Below are positions 48,394 through 57,403 of a stretch of 64,000 nucleotides of DNA, piece by piece (positions within the stretch are counted from its first letter, which is position 1; the number at the start of each line of letters is the position of its first letter). The stretch is from Vulcanimicrobiota bacterium (GTDB taxonomy: Bacteria; Vulcanimicrobiota; Xenobia; Xenobiales; JADMJV01), in contig JBFWNU010000006.1 in assembly GCA_050250895.1 (NCBI GenBank), positions 183,513 to 247,512 of the forward strand, in the 5' to 3' direction. The notes beneath the pieces were generated by a model. It saw only the letters and a list, made by a program, of their open reading frames with translations, had not been told where the DNA came from and did no database searches. The translations under genes were made by a program, and so were the position numbers.

Positions 48394-48927
48394 ATGGAGA
48401 TCGAGCGCCAGGAAGGTTGGCCGCGCCAGTTCGCAATTTTGTTGTTGCTCCTGAGCCTTGGCGCTATCCCGCTCACGGCTTGGAAGGTCGGCCTCGACGG
48501 TGTCTGGCCGGGATGGTGGGGGGCGGCCCTGACCCTCAGTCTGCCCTTGCTGATGTGGCGCCGCGGCGTTCGCATCGACCCCCAGGCTCGTTTGTTGTGG
48601 CCCTGGTGGGGATTGAGGTGTCCCGGTCTGGGTCTTTGGAAGTTTCGCGAAGGAGAGTCGCGAAGCACGGCCGGCTTCGAACACGTCGAGGTCGAGGCCC
48701 TCGACCGCGGAGAGCACTATAAGAACAAGCCCATGGCGCGGGTTTTGCTGGGATGCGCCGGGCATCCTCTCCAGCGAGAGATTGTCGACGACGAGTATGC
48801 CGACATCGAGGCGGCCAGGCGTTGCGCCGAGCGGGTTTCTCAATGCCTGGGGTTGGAGCTACAGGGCTTTTGCCCACCGGAGAGAATCGGGTGCGATGGC
48901 CACGGGCAAGACGCAGACAGCCGCTAA
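48394..48927 (+). CDS. Hypothetical membrane protein
   Basis: Two TMs; ATG 48394 lies 6 nt after TATAAT. Confidence 0.6.
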   Translation: MEIERQEGWPRQFAILLLLLSLGAIPLTAWKVGLDGVWPGWWGAALTLSLPLLMWRRGVRIDPQARLLWPWWGLRCPGLGLWKFREGESRSTAGFEHVEVEALDRGEHYKNKPMARVLLGCAGHPLQREIVDDEYADIEAARRCAERVSQCLGLELQGFCPPERIGCDGHGQDADSR

Positions 48928-51274
48928 GAGCCTGCTGATGGTTGGATTTTCTCCCGAGGTACGCGGAGAGATCGAGCCGCTTGTGCCGGGCCTGGTGGTG
49001 GAGGTGTGTCCCCGCTCGCAGGCAGTGGCGCTGGTGAGCGCGGGTGTGTATTCGTTCGTTCTGTTCGAGGGGAAGGACCACTCCAGCGAGCTACCCGAGT
49101 TGGTAAACGACGTTCGTAAGCACGCCCAGGCTCCGCCGCCCGTCATGGCTGCCATCCTGGCCTATCAGGATAAGGCCTTTCTGTTCGAGCTGGTCAGTCG
49201 CGGTATCGCCAGGCTGTTCTACCAGCCGATCGAGATCGACGAACTGGGGCGGCAGCTGTCCTGGATGTTGGGCCTCGAGAAGCCGTCCTTGCGGCTATTC
49301 GCACCGACCGCCGAGCCCAAGGAGGGCTCGGACACGCTGCGCCAGGCCCTGGTGGCTGAGGCCACCCGCCAACTGCAGGAGATGGCGCGCTCGGTGCGCG
49401 AGCACAGTTTCGAGCCCCGCCGCGCCGAGCACCGCGAGCGCCTACGAAAGCTGGTGGGCAGTCTGGGGTCGTTCGGCTTCGTCGATTGCTCGGCCCTGGT
49501 TCGCCGTCTCGAGAATCTATTGCGTCTGGAGCGCGCACTCACGGCCGAGCAAGACGAGCATTTCTTGTCTTTGACCGCAGAAGTGTTGGAATTGTTGGTG
49601 GCGCCCACCCCCGACAATCCTATCGTGGCGCAGGCATCGTCGCTACCCACCATTCTGGTGAGCTCGCACGACACCAGCTTGCGGACGCAGCTGGCGGCCG
49701 AGGCCTCGTCGCATCGCCTGCGGGTGCTCGACGTGCCGCCCGCCCAGTTGGAAGGGGTGTTGGCCGGGACGGCTCCGGACGGTCTGATTGTGGATTTTAG
49801 CCGCTTCTCGTCTCAAGAGGTGGCGGACATCGGTCCCCGCCTCAAGGCAGCCGGGTGCCCTATTCTCGGCCTGGCCGAGCAACCCCGGCTGCAAGAGCGG
49901 GCCGAGATCGCCTCGGCCGGCGTGACCGCCCTGCTGGAGAAGCCGGTGGAAGCCAGCCATCTGCTCGAGAAGCTTCAAGAGCTCCTGACCATTCCGGCTT
50001 TCACCCGCATCGTGGCCATGGACGATGACCCCGTTTTTCTGGCCAGCCTCGAAGCCATGCTGATGCCGCTGCGGGCCCACTTTACGCCGGTGTCGACCGA
50101 CCAGGCTCTGTGGGAGGCAGTCGAAACCAAGAACCCCGACCTGGTCATTTTGGACATCGGCGTACCCGGGACCGACGGCATCAAGCTCTGCCGCACGCTG
50201 CGAGCCGACCCTCGTTTTGCCGAACTAGCGGTCATCTTGATTTCGGCCAACGTCACGGCCGAGGCCCGGCGCCGCACCTACGAGGCCGGAGCCGACGATT
50301 GCGTCTCGAAGTCGATCGGCACGGTCGAACTCCGGACCCGCATCGCTACCCGGTTGCGGCGGGCCAAAGCCAGCCGCAAGCTCGAAGTCGATGAGTTGAC
50401 CCAGGTCATGACCCGAGCCCCGGCCATCAAGGCCTTGCGGCACCTCTTGACTTTAGGCCGCCGCCGGATGTTTCCGGTGTCGCTTGCGATCATCGACCTC
50501 GATCACTTCAAGCAGGTCAACGATACCCACGGGCATCCGGTGGGTGACCAGGTGCTGCGCGGCACCGCCCGGATTCTCAAGCAATCTTTCCGGGCCGAGG
50601 ATGTGGTCTCTCGCTGGGGAGGCGAAGAGTTCGTGGTGGGCATGCTGATGATGACCCGAGCCCAGGCGGCCCGCCGCATGCGAGACGTGCTCGAGCGATT
50701 GCAGCTAGAGAATTTTCACGGCCAGGACGGTAGCGAATTCAAGGTCAGTTTCAGTTGCGGAGTGGCCCAGTTTCCAGAAGACGGTATGGAGTTGGAAAGC
50801 CTTTATCGAGAGGCCGATCGCGGCCTTTATCTGGCCAAGGAAGGCGGTCGTTGTCAGGTGGTCGAGTCGATGCCTGAACAGCCACTGCCGACCACCGACC
50901 GCTTTGACGTCGTGCTGGTCGAAGAGGACCATCCCCTGGGCACCGTGGTCGCCGACTCCCTCGAGGGCCTGGGCTTGAGTGTTCACTGGATTCGCGAAGG
51001 TCGAGCCGTGCTCGAGTCGTTAGCCGGGCCCATTCCCAAGGTGCGCGGTAGGGTGATCGTGCTCGATAACGACCTGGCCGACGGGGGTGGGCTGGAGTTG
51101 CTGGCCAAACTGGCCCAGGATCAGGTGGTCGAGCAGTCGCAGGTGATCACCCTCAGCGGACAGATGAATGAAAAAGATGTGGTGGCGGCTTTCGAGATGG
51201 GCGTCCAGGACCATGTGTCCAAGCCGTTCATCCTACCCGTGCTGGTGCGGCGCATCGAGCGTGCTCTCGGCTAA
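48896..51274 (+). CDS. Multi-receiver diguanylate cyclase
   Basis: DLDHFKQVND.HGH, SRWGGEEF, REC motifs (ILDIGVP, SKPF). Confidence 0.9.
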   Translation: MATGKTQTAAKSLLMVGFSPEVRGEIEPLVPGLVVEVCPRSQAVALVSAGVYSFVLFEGKDHSSELPELVNDVRKHAQAPPPVMAAILAYQDKAFLFELVSRGIARLFYQPIEIDELGRQLSWMLGLEKPSLRLFAPTAEPKEGSDTLRQALVAEATRQLQEMARSVREHSFEPRRAEHRERLRKLVGSLGSFGFVDCSALVRRLENLLRLERALTAEQDEHFLSLTAEVLELLVAPTPDNPIVAQASSLPTILVSSHDTSLRTQLAAEASSHRLRVLDVPPAQLEGVLAGTAPDGLIVDFSRFSSQEVADIGPRLKAAGCPILGLAEQPRLQERAEIASAGVTALLEKPVEASHLLEKLQELLTIPAFTRIVAMDDDPVFLASLEAMLMPLRAHFTPVSTDQALWEAVETKNPDLVILDIGVPGTDGIKLCRTLRADPRFAELAVILISANVTAEARRRTYEAGADDCVSKSIGTVELRTRIATRLRRAKASRKLEVDELTQVMTRAPAIKALRHLLTLGRRRMFPVSLAIIDLDHFKQVNDTHGHPVGDQVLRGTARILKQSFRAEDVVSRWGGEEFVVGMLMMTRAQAARRMRDVLERLQLENFHGQDGSEFKVSFSCGVAQFPEDGMELESLYREADRGLYLAKEGGRCQVVESMPEQPLPTTDRFDVVLVEEDHPLGTVVADSLEGLGLSVHWIREGRAVLESLAGPIPKVRGRVIVLDNDLADGGGLELLAKLAQDQVVEQSQVITLSGQMNEKDVVAAFEMGVQDHVSKPFILPVLVRRIERALG

Positions 51275-51952
51275 GGAGTTGAGCAAGTTCTGTTCGGCGC
51301 CCAGCCTGGCCAGCATGCCCCTCAATCGCCCCGGCAAGGCAGCTGTGAATTGGCGGACTCGCTGGCGATAGGGCAGCTCGAGTCGCCAGGAATGGAGCAG
51401 CAGTCGCGATATTCCCAGGTGCGTCTCGAAGAGCCGGTTGTGCTCCTTGTCGCCGTGTTGGCCGTCACCCAGGACGGGGAAGCCGGCACTTCTGAGGTGG
51501 CGACGGATTTGGTGATGGATCCCGCGTTCGGGATAGGCCACGATCAGGGCGTAGCGAGCCGTGGCGAACCGCTGGTTAGGCCACGGCTGTTCGAACCTGG
51601 CCAGCGTTTCGGTGCGAGTTACGGCGGTTTTTTGGTCGAGCAGAGCGTCGATGCTGAGGGGCTCGGGCCAACCTCGAACCAGCGCTAAATAGGTCTTGGT
51701 TACCTGTTGATTCTGGAAAGCCAGGCTCAGTTCGCGAGCAGCCTCACGAGTGCGGCCGAGTACGATTACCCCGGAAGTGCCGCGGTCAAGACGGTTGACC
51801 GGGAAGACCGGGCCGTGTAGTTGCTGCTTGAGGCAGTCTAAGAGGGTGTAAGAGTCGCGGGCTTGTTGGGAGCGGTGAATGACCAGCCCCGAAGGCTTAT
51901 CCACCACCAGCAGGTCGTCGGTCGAGCAGAGAATCTTGATGGTTCTCGGCAT
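51233..51952 (-). CDS. RluA/TruC-family pseudouridine synthase
   Basis: DKPSGL..H, NRLDRGTSG (catalytic Asp), KTYLA, HQIRRH, LGD, LLH. Confidence 0.9.
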   Translation of the reverse strand: MPRTIKILCSTDDLLVVDKPSGLVIHRSQQARDSYTLLDCLKQQLHGPVFPVNRLDRGTSGVIVLGRTREAARELSLAFQNQQVTKTYLALVRGWPEPLSIDALLDQKTAVTRTETLARFEQPWPNQRFATARYALIVAYPERGIHHQIRRHLRSAGFPVLGDGQHGDKEHNRLFETHLGISRLLLHSWRLELPYRQRVRQFTAALPGRLRGMLARLGAEQNLLNSLAESTLDAPHQHG

Positions 51953-51983
51953 GCTCGCTCAAGCCCGCCGAACAGCCGGACGA

Positions 51984-52097
51984 TCAGGCCTCGAGCGGTT
52001 TCCAGCCGGCGGCTTCGAGCACACAAAGAGCGTCGGGGGTGACGAACCGGAAAACTTTCACCAGTCCGCTGAGGTTCTTCATCGTCAAATCTCTCAT
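51984..52097 (-). CDS. Putative 37-aa small protein MRDLTMKNLSGLVKVFRFVTPDALCVLEAAGWKPLEA
   Basis: Fills the gap between two same-strand genes; TAGAGT 6 nt before ATG. Confidence 0.4.
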   Translation of the reverse strand: MRDLTMKNLSGLVKVFRFVTPDALCVLEAAGWKPLEA

Positions 52098-52106
52098 GGC
52101 TCGACT

Positions 52107-53879
52107 CTATGTCGCTGCCCGCGCGCTCGGGTTTCCGTTTTGTAAACAGGTGTCGGATCGGCTATGACCGTCGAGCTGCTCGGCCAGTTCCAGGACGTCG
52201 CACGGCCAGAGAAAGCGCGGGCGCGGGTGCACGATTCCACTGGCTTTGGAGTGGGCTCGACTGGTGAGCACGGCCGACAACCAGCCCGGGGCCACCGCTT
52301 GGCGGCCACCGAACGCCCCTAGCAAAGCCCCGGCGATGGCCGCATTGGTGTCGGCGTCGCCACCTTGGCGGGCGGTGTCGACGAGGGCCTCCATCAGAGG
52401 GCGACCACTCATCAACTGATAGAAGGCGTTGTGAAACGCGATTTTGATCCAACCGGCCTGGTGGAGATAGGTGGGCGGGGGGCCGACCAGGGCCGCGTCG
52501 AGCAGTTCGCGCACGGGGTAATCGGCCACCCCGTAGGCTTGGTCTAGAGCCTGCGCAGGGTTGGCCCCCTCGAGGCCCGCCGCCAGCGCCGTCAGGTAGG
52601 CCGCGCAGCACTCTCCACAGAGCGGATTGGCGTGGGTCAAGGCCGAGTCGAGGCGGGCTTGCTGGCCCAGTTGGTCGCCGCGATAAGCCAGGGCCAGCGG
52701 GCTACAGCGCATCAGCGAGCCGTTGGCCTGAGAATCGACGCTGACGAGGCCCAGCTTCAAAGCCGAATAGGTCGTACGTCCGATGTCGAAGGGGCGCGAC
52801 TCATACCAGTATTGATAAGCAAGCGAGGCCGTGGTTCCCCCAATGAGGGCGCGGGCCAGGCACAGAGCCATCTCGGAGTCGTCGGTGGGTTGCCCCGCCA
52901 GCAGAGAGAAGGGACCTTTGCCGTCCACTGGACGGCCCGGCCCGTCGGGAAAATCGCGGGCAATCTGCTGGGGGGTGGAGAATTCGGTTTGAGAGCCCAG
53001 CGAGTCGCCGACCAGTTGACCCAGCATTGCCCCCTGGAGCCGCGAGAGACGGTCGGGATCGCTGACCCGATGATGGGCCCGCACCGGGTAGGGTAGGGGA
53101 GACTGGTTGGGCCGGGTTTGGAAGACCGTTGTCCAGGGGCGGCGGGAGAGTTCTTGGCGGCCCGCAAACAACCAGCCGGATCGCGAACGGGCTTGAGTGT
53201 CGTAGCTGACGACCTGGCCGTCCTGGTTGTAGAGTTCGAGCCCGGCGGCCCGCAGTAGCGCGTGGCAAGCGGCGTAGTCGTGGGCCTGAGTCGGGCTCAG
53301 CGAGACCCCGGCGGTGCCCTCGCCAGCGGCCACCAGGGCGAAACGATAGGCTACGCTCGGCATGGTGCGGTAGCGTCCTCCATCGAGGCAGTCGAGATTG
53401 GCCTCGACGTTCTCGTCGCCTGCCTGCGAGATCAGGGTGACCGAGTGCGGAGGGCGCACCAGCGGGCCGGGCCACCGCTGCAACTGCTGGCCCCGAGCCC
53501 AGCTGATGAGGTCGCCGCGGTCGTCGGGGTAGGTGGGCGAGAAGACCACGCCCAGAACCGGCTCTCGATCCTCGATCAGGGCCACGGCCACCGAGCTGCC
53601 GCGATAGCCGGCCAGGAAGGCGGCCGTCCCGTCTTGCGGGTCGATGACCCACCAGCGCTTGGGGTGGCGAGGATTGCACAGCTCCCCAAGCTCCTCGCCC
53701 CGGAGGCTGCAATCGCCATCGAGCTCCAGCAGGCGGTCGCGCAGAAAGCGTTCCACCTCGACATCGATGGCGGCTTTGTCGCCGCTGCCGCGAGGGCCCC
53801 CCGGGCGGTGAAACTCGGCTCGGATCATGGCGCCCGCCTGGCGGACTGCCTCGATAACTCCATCCAGTAGTGGTTTCAT
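52107..53879 (-). CDS. Inositol-monophosphatase-family / ADP-ribosylglycohydrolase (ARH/DraG) fusion
   Basis: IMPase: GEE, WVIDPQDGT, HDYAA. ARH: VGDSLG, PTDDSEM, NGSLMR, GGDADTNAAIAGALLGA. Confidence 0.92.
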   Translation of the reverse strand: MKPLLDGVIEAVRQAGAMIRAEFHRPGGPRGSGDKAAIDVEVERFLRDRLLELDGDCSLRGEELGELCNPRHPKRWWVIDPQDGTAAFLAGYRGSSVAVALIEDREPVLGVVFSPTYPDDRGDLISWARGQQLQRWPGPLVRPPHSVTLISQAGDENVEANLDCLDGGRYRTMPSVAYRFALVAAGEGTAGVSLSPTQAHDYAACHALLRAAGLELYNQDGQVVSYDTQARSRSGWLFAGRQELSRRPWTTVFQTRPNQSPLPYPVRAHHRVSDPDRLSRLQGAMLGQLVGDSLGSQTEFSTPQQIARDFPDGPGRPVDGKGPFSLLAGQPTDDSEMALCLARALIGGTTASLAYQYWYESRPFDIGRTTYSALKLGLVSVDSQANGSLMRCSPLALAYRGDQLGQQARLDSALTHANPLCGECCAAYLTALAAGLEGANPAQALDQAYGVADYPVRELLDAALVGPPPTYLHQAGWIKIAFHNAFYQLMSGRPLMEALVDTARQGGDADTNAAIAGALLGAFGGRQAVAPGWLSAVLTSRAHSKASGIVHPRPRFLWPCDVLELAEQLDGHSRSDTCLQNGNPSARAAT

Positions 53880-54421
53880 AGCTTCCTCACATAGGCCACC
53901 GGAACCCGGTCGGTTAGATACACATTGTTTTCGGAACGATAAAAGACGAAGCCCTGAGCGTGCATCCGCCCGGCGTCGACTGCCAGCACCAGCAGCGTCT
54001 CGCGACGGTGGCGACTGCCCACGTTGCGGGCGGTAGCCACCTCGGTCGAAAGGTGGACGTGGTGGCGAGCCATCGGTAAGAGGGCGCCGCTTTGTTGAAT
54101 CCGCTCGAAGCGTTGCTCGGTGGTGCCGTGATAAAGGCTTGGGGGCGGGATGACCGGGGTGGGGTCGAAGGCCCTCACCTCGACCGAATGACCCTGATTG
54201 GCTCGGATTTTCCCCTCTCGTAGCGAATAACGGCCTTTGTCGTCAGCTTCCACCAGCTGTTCCAAGCCGCGGCGGTCGAGTTCCCATCCTTTGACCACTT
54301 TGAGTTGCTCGAGCAGATAGGCCGCGTCGGTCCAACCGTGCTCGTCGAGTTCGATTCCCAGGTCATCGGGTCGGTGACGCAGAGCGTAAGCGAGATATTT
54401 AGCGAGGGCGTGGCGAGTCAT
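53876..54421 (-). CDS. kptA: RNA 2'-phosphotransferase (Tpt1/KptA)
   Basis: LRH.P, D.HGW, DDKGRY, IRANQGHS, LYHGT, M.RHHVHLS, SENNVYL. Confidence 0.96.
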   Translation of the reverse strand: MTRHALAKYLAYALRHRPDDLGIELDEHGWTDAAYLLEQLKVVKGWELDRRGLEQLVEADDKGRYSLREGKIRANQGHSVEVRAFDPTPVIPPPSLYHGTTEQRFERIQQSGALLPMARHHVHLSTEVATARNVGSRHRRETLLVLAVDAGRMHAQGFVFYRSENNVYLTDRVPVAYVRKL

Positions 54422-54572
54422 GGTGTATATGATACACTATTTGGAAATCCATGGCAACCCGTTGGAGATTTACATCAAGTTCATACTCCCTGCCTGCTTC
54501 CATCATACGTTGAGGGCGACCCAAGACGCCAAACATCGTCGGGCCGACGATTTCACCGAGGAGATAGAACCC

Positions 54573-56267
54573 ATGCAGGCTTTGCAGTCCGTCCAGCCTT
54601 CGCTCGCTTTCACCAGTCACCGCGCGGTGGCCCCCGCCCGGGTAGAAACCCCTGCCGAGAACGGCGACACCTTCCGTCCCGCCGACGATCAGCAGCCCCC
54701 GCCACCCCCTCCGCCGCCGGCGAACATCAGTCACTATTACTACAGCCAGGACAGCCTGGCCGAGCAGCTCAAGACCGACCAGTTCCCGGCCGCCGGTATC
54801 GAAGCCGGGCCGTCCAACTCGCGCCTGCGAGTGGTCGACAGCGAGCACGAGACGGCTGCCCCTGATGAGCAGGGCAACATGCTTTATCTGCCCAACGACC
54901 CGCGCTTCAACCAGGTGCAGAGCTTCGTAGCTGCCAATCGCGCCCAGAGCTTCTTCACCGAGATGCTGGGCCGCGAGCCCGAGTGGGCTTTCGGCTCGCC
55001 GCAGCTCGATATCAACCCCTTTGGCGGCGATATGCTCAACGCCTACTACAGTCGGAGTGACGGCTCGGTCAACTTCTTCCAGCATTTCGACGCTCGCATG
55101 AACAAGACGGTCGACTCTGGCCTATCGGCCGAGGTCGTCTACCACGAGCTGGGCCACGCTTTGCTCGACGCCGTCCGTCCGGGCTGGATCAGCTCCTACC
55201 GTGGCGCCACCGGCGGCATTCATGAGGGCTTCGGCGATATGCTGAGCATCATGGTCGGCTTGCGTGACGAGCGCAACCTCGACAAGGTCATCGCCGAGAC
55301 CGGCGGCGACCTGTGGAAAGACAACTCCATTTCGCGTCTGGCTGAAGAGCTGGGCCGCGCCATCTGGGATGAGACCGGCACCGAGCGCCCCCACCACGAC
55401 TATCTGCGCAACGCTCGCAACGGCCTCATCAACGCCGATCCCTCCACCTTGCCCTGGCGTCCGCCCGCCGAAGATCAACTGGGCGCCGAGCCGCACAACT
55501 ATTCACGAGTGGCTTCCGCCGCCGTCTACGACGTGCTGGCTTCGCTCAACCAGCAGTTCCAGGCTCAGGGCTTCGGAGTCCGCGAGTCGATCGAAAAGGC
55601 CCGGGACATCACCGCCAAGATGGTGATCAAAGGCTTCGAATTCTGCCCGCCCGGCAGTCTTCCCAGCTACGGTCACTTTGCAGCCGGAATGCTGGCCGTT
55701 GACGCCAGCGAGTTCGGGGGCAAATACCACGACACCGTGGCCAACATGATGGCCGCTCGTAACATCATTCCTCCCGCTCCCGAGCCCCCGCCGCAGGGCA
55801 TCGCCCTGCCCGAGAACGTCAACGCTGCCAGCGCCCAGGCGCTGCTCGAGGACAAGCGCGAGGCGCTGGGCGTGCCGGCCGGCTTGAACCTGGCGGTGGA
55901 GAAGATCAAGACCAACGAAGAGGGCCAGACCTTCGTGACCTACACCTACTCCAAAGACATCGATGTGGCTGAGGCCTCTGGGGTCGAGAACGCCATCGTC
56001 AAAGAGCAGGGGGGATTGACCCTGGCCTTCGACGCCGACGGCAAGCTCTTCTTCAAGACCCTCAACGAGATCAAGCCTCAAGATGAAGCCGAGATCCGCG
56101 AGTCGGTCAAGAAGAACGTCGAAGAGGGTGCCATCCACACCCACTCGATCTTCAATTCGCTGCCCGGCACCAGCAAGCTCTTCAAGAGCCAGCACGTTCC
56201 TTTCCGCGGCTATGTTGCCCACGAGAACGGCCAGGTCGTGCTCAAGAAGTCGCCTATTATCGACTAG
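54573..56267 (+). CDS. M4/M36-like zinc metallopeptidase without signal peptide
   Basis: NAYY, HELGH, HEGFGD (third Zn ligand), EPH; GAGGAG RBS. Confidence 0.88.
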   Translation: MQALQSVQPSLAFTSHRAVAPARVETPAENGDTFRPADDQQPPPPPPPPANISHYYYSQDSLAEQLKTDQFPAAGIEAGPSNSRLRVVDSEHETAAPDEQGNMLYLPNDPRFNQVQSFVAANRAQSFFTEMLGREPEWAFGSPQLDINPFGGDMLNAYYSRSDGSVNFFQHFDARMNKTVDSGLSAEVVYHELGHALLDAVRPGWISSYRGATGGIHEGFGDMLSIMVGLRDERNLDKVIAETGGDLWKDNSISRLAEELGRAIWDETGTERPHHDYLRNARNGLINADPSTLPWRPPAEDQLGAEPHNYSRVASAAVYDVLASLNQQFQAQGFGVRESIEKARDITAKMVIKGFEFCPPGSLPSYGHFAAGMLAVDASEFGGKYHDTVANMMAARNIIPPAPEPPPQGIALPENVNAASAQALLEDKREALGVPAGLNLAVEKIKTNEEGQTFVTYTYSKDIDVAEASGVENAIVKEQGGLTLAFDADGKLFFKTLNEIKPQDEAEIRESVKKNVEEGAIHTHSIFNSLPGTSKLFKSQHVPFRGYVAHENGQVVLKKSPIID

Positions 56268-56272
56268 TCGTC

Positions 56273-56340
56273 AGACGGTAGTCTAGAGACGGTAGACGGT
56301 TAGGGAAGGTGCCAGTCCTCGGACTGGCGCCTTTCTTTTT
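56273..56340 (+). terminator. Intrinsic terminator preceded by three AGACGGT heptamers
   Basis: aaggtgccagtcc-tc-ggactggcgcctt plus tcttttt; AGACGGT at 56273, 56287 and 56294. Confidence 0.8.
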
Positions 56341-56609
56341 GGACGGTGCCCTGGCGCGTGATAGATACCGCCGAGATCGCCAAGCGCCCACTGGCGAGCC
56401 ACCTCGAGCCGCCTCACGACAGGCCACCCAACCTCAAAGATGCCCCCGCCCAGCGACTCATACAACCTCGGCGCCTCGGCGCCTTTGCGGTTTTCCAAAA
56501 GGCGCCACCGAACGCCCGGAGCACGATTCTATAGGAAAATCCTAACCGTGCGTTTACACGGGCGGGGACGACTTGTAACAAGTTTGTAATGTTTCCAAGC
56601 AGCCCTCCA

Positions 56610-56637
56610 TAAACGATTCCAACTTGCGGGCCGACAA
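56610..56637 (+). promoter_or_regulatory. sigma28 (FliA/SigD)-like promoter TAAA-N16-GCCGACAA
   Basis: One mismatch to TAAA-N15/16-GCCGATAA; 34 nt before the likely start of the transglycosylase gene. Confidence 0.6.
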
Positions 56638-56671
56638 TGGAATTAATAATAACGCGAGCGGAGTGATCGGT

Positions 56672-57403
56672 TTGAACTTTGGAATGAACAACATCGGGGG
56701 CGGCTTCATGCCCCAGATGAATGGAATGAATAACAATCCCTTCGGCCAGATGTTCCAACTGGTGATGGGCCTCTTGATGGGGATGCTCACCGGCGGACTG
56801 ATGGGCGGATTGATGGACCCCCGTAACGGCGGGGCCTTTGCCCCGGGGATGAACCCTGGATTTGGGGGGCCGGGCGGCTGCGGTTGCCCCGGCTCGGGAG
56901 GCCTGGGCAACAACCTGGGCTCGTTTCTGGGTGGGCCTGGCGGCAACTTCGGGGGGCCGGGCGGCAACTACGGCGGCCCCGGCGGCAACTACGGCGCACC
57001 CAACGCCAACCCCAATACCCAGATCCCGAACTACGGACCCAATGCGTCCAAGCAGCAGATTGGCCAGATGCTCGATGCGGCCGCGGCCAAGTACGGCATC
57101 CCTCCTAACATCCTCAAAGCGGTCGCCTATCAAGAAAGTGGCTGGCGAACCAACGCTCGTTCGTTCGATGGGGGTCACGGTAAGGGAGTGATGCAGATCG
57201 ACGACCGCTTCCACCAGTTTGCCCGGACCAATGCGGTCTTCGACCCGGCCCAGAACATCGATTACGGCGCCAAGTTCCTGCGCAGCCTGTACGACAAGAC
57301 CGGTTCGTGGGAGGCTGCTCTCAAGCGCTACAACGGCGGCTCGTCCTATCCGCCCAAGATCATGTCGCTGGCCCAGCGGCAGCCCTGGCGTCAGTGGGGC
57401 TAA
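56672..57403 (+). CDS. Lytic transglycosylase (SLT domain) with G/N/M-rich N-terminus
   Basis: AVAYQESG (catalytic Glu), GVMQI, DPAQNIDYGA.FL, YNGG; TTG 56672 with GGAG RBS (alternative ATG 56684). Confidence 0.9.
   Translation: MNFGMNNIGGGFMPQMNGMNNNPFGQMFQLVMGLLMGMLTGGLMGGLMDPRNGGAFAPGMNPGFGGPGGCGCPGSGGLGNNLGSFLGGPGGNFGGPGGNYGGPGGNYGAPNANPNTQIPNYGPNASKQQIGQMLDAAAAKYGIPPNILKAVAYQESGWRTNARSFDGGHGKGVMQIDDRFHQFARTNAVFDPAQNIDYGAKFLRSLYDKTGSWEAALKRYNGGSSYPPKIMSLAQRQPWRQWG
56930..56992 (+). repeat. 3 x 21-bp coding tandem repeat (GGPGGNF/Y)
   Basis: ggNggNccNggcggcaactWc three times. Confidence 0.85.

Noticed and set aside
54420-54572. N-terminal extension of the peptidase ORF in the ORF track
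   Set aside because: Overlaps the divergent kptA promoter region; the GAGGAG RBS supports ATG 54573.
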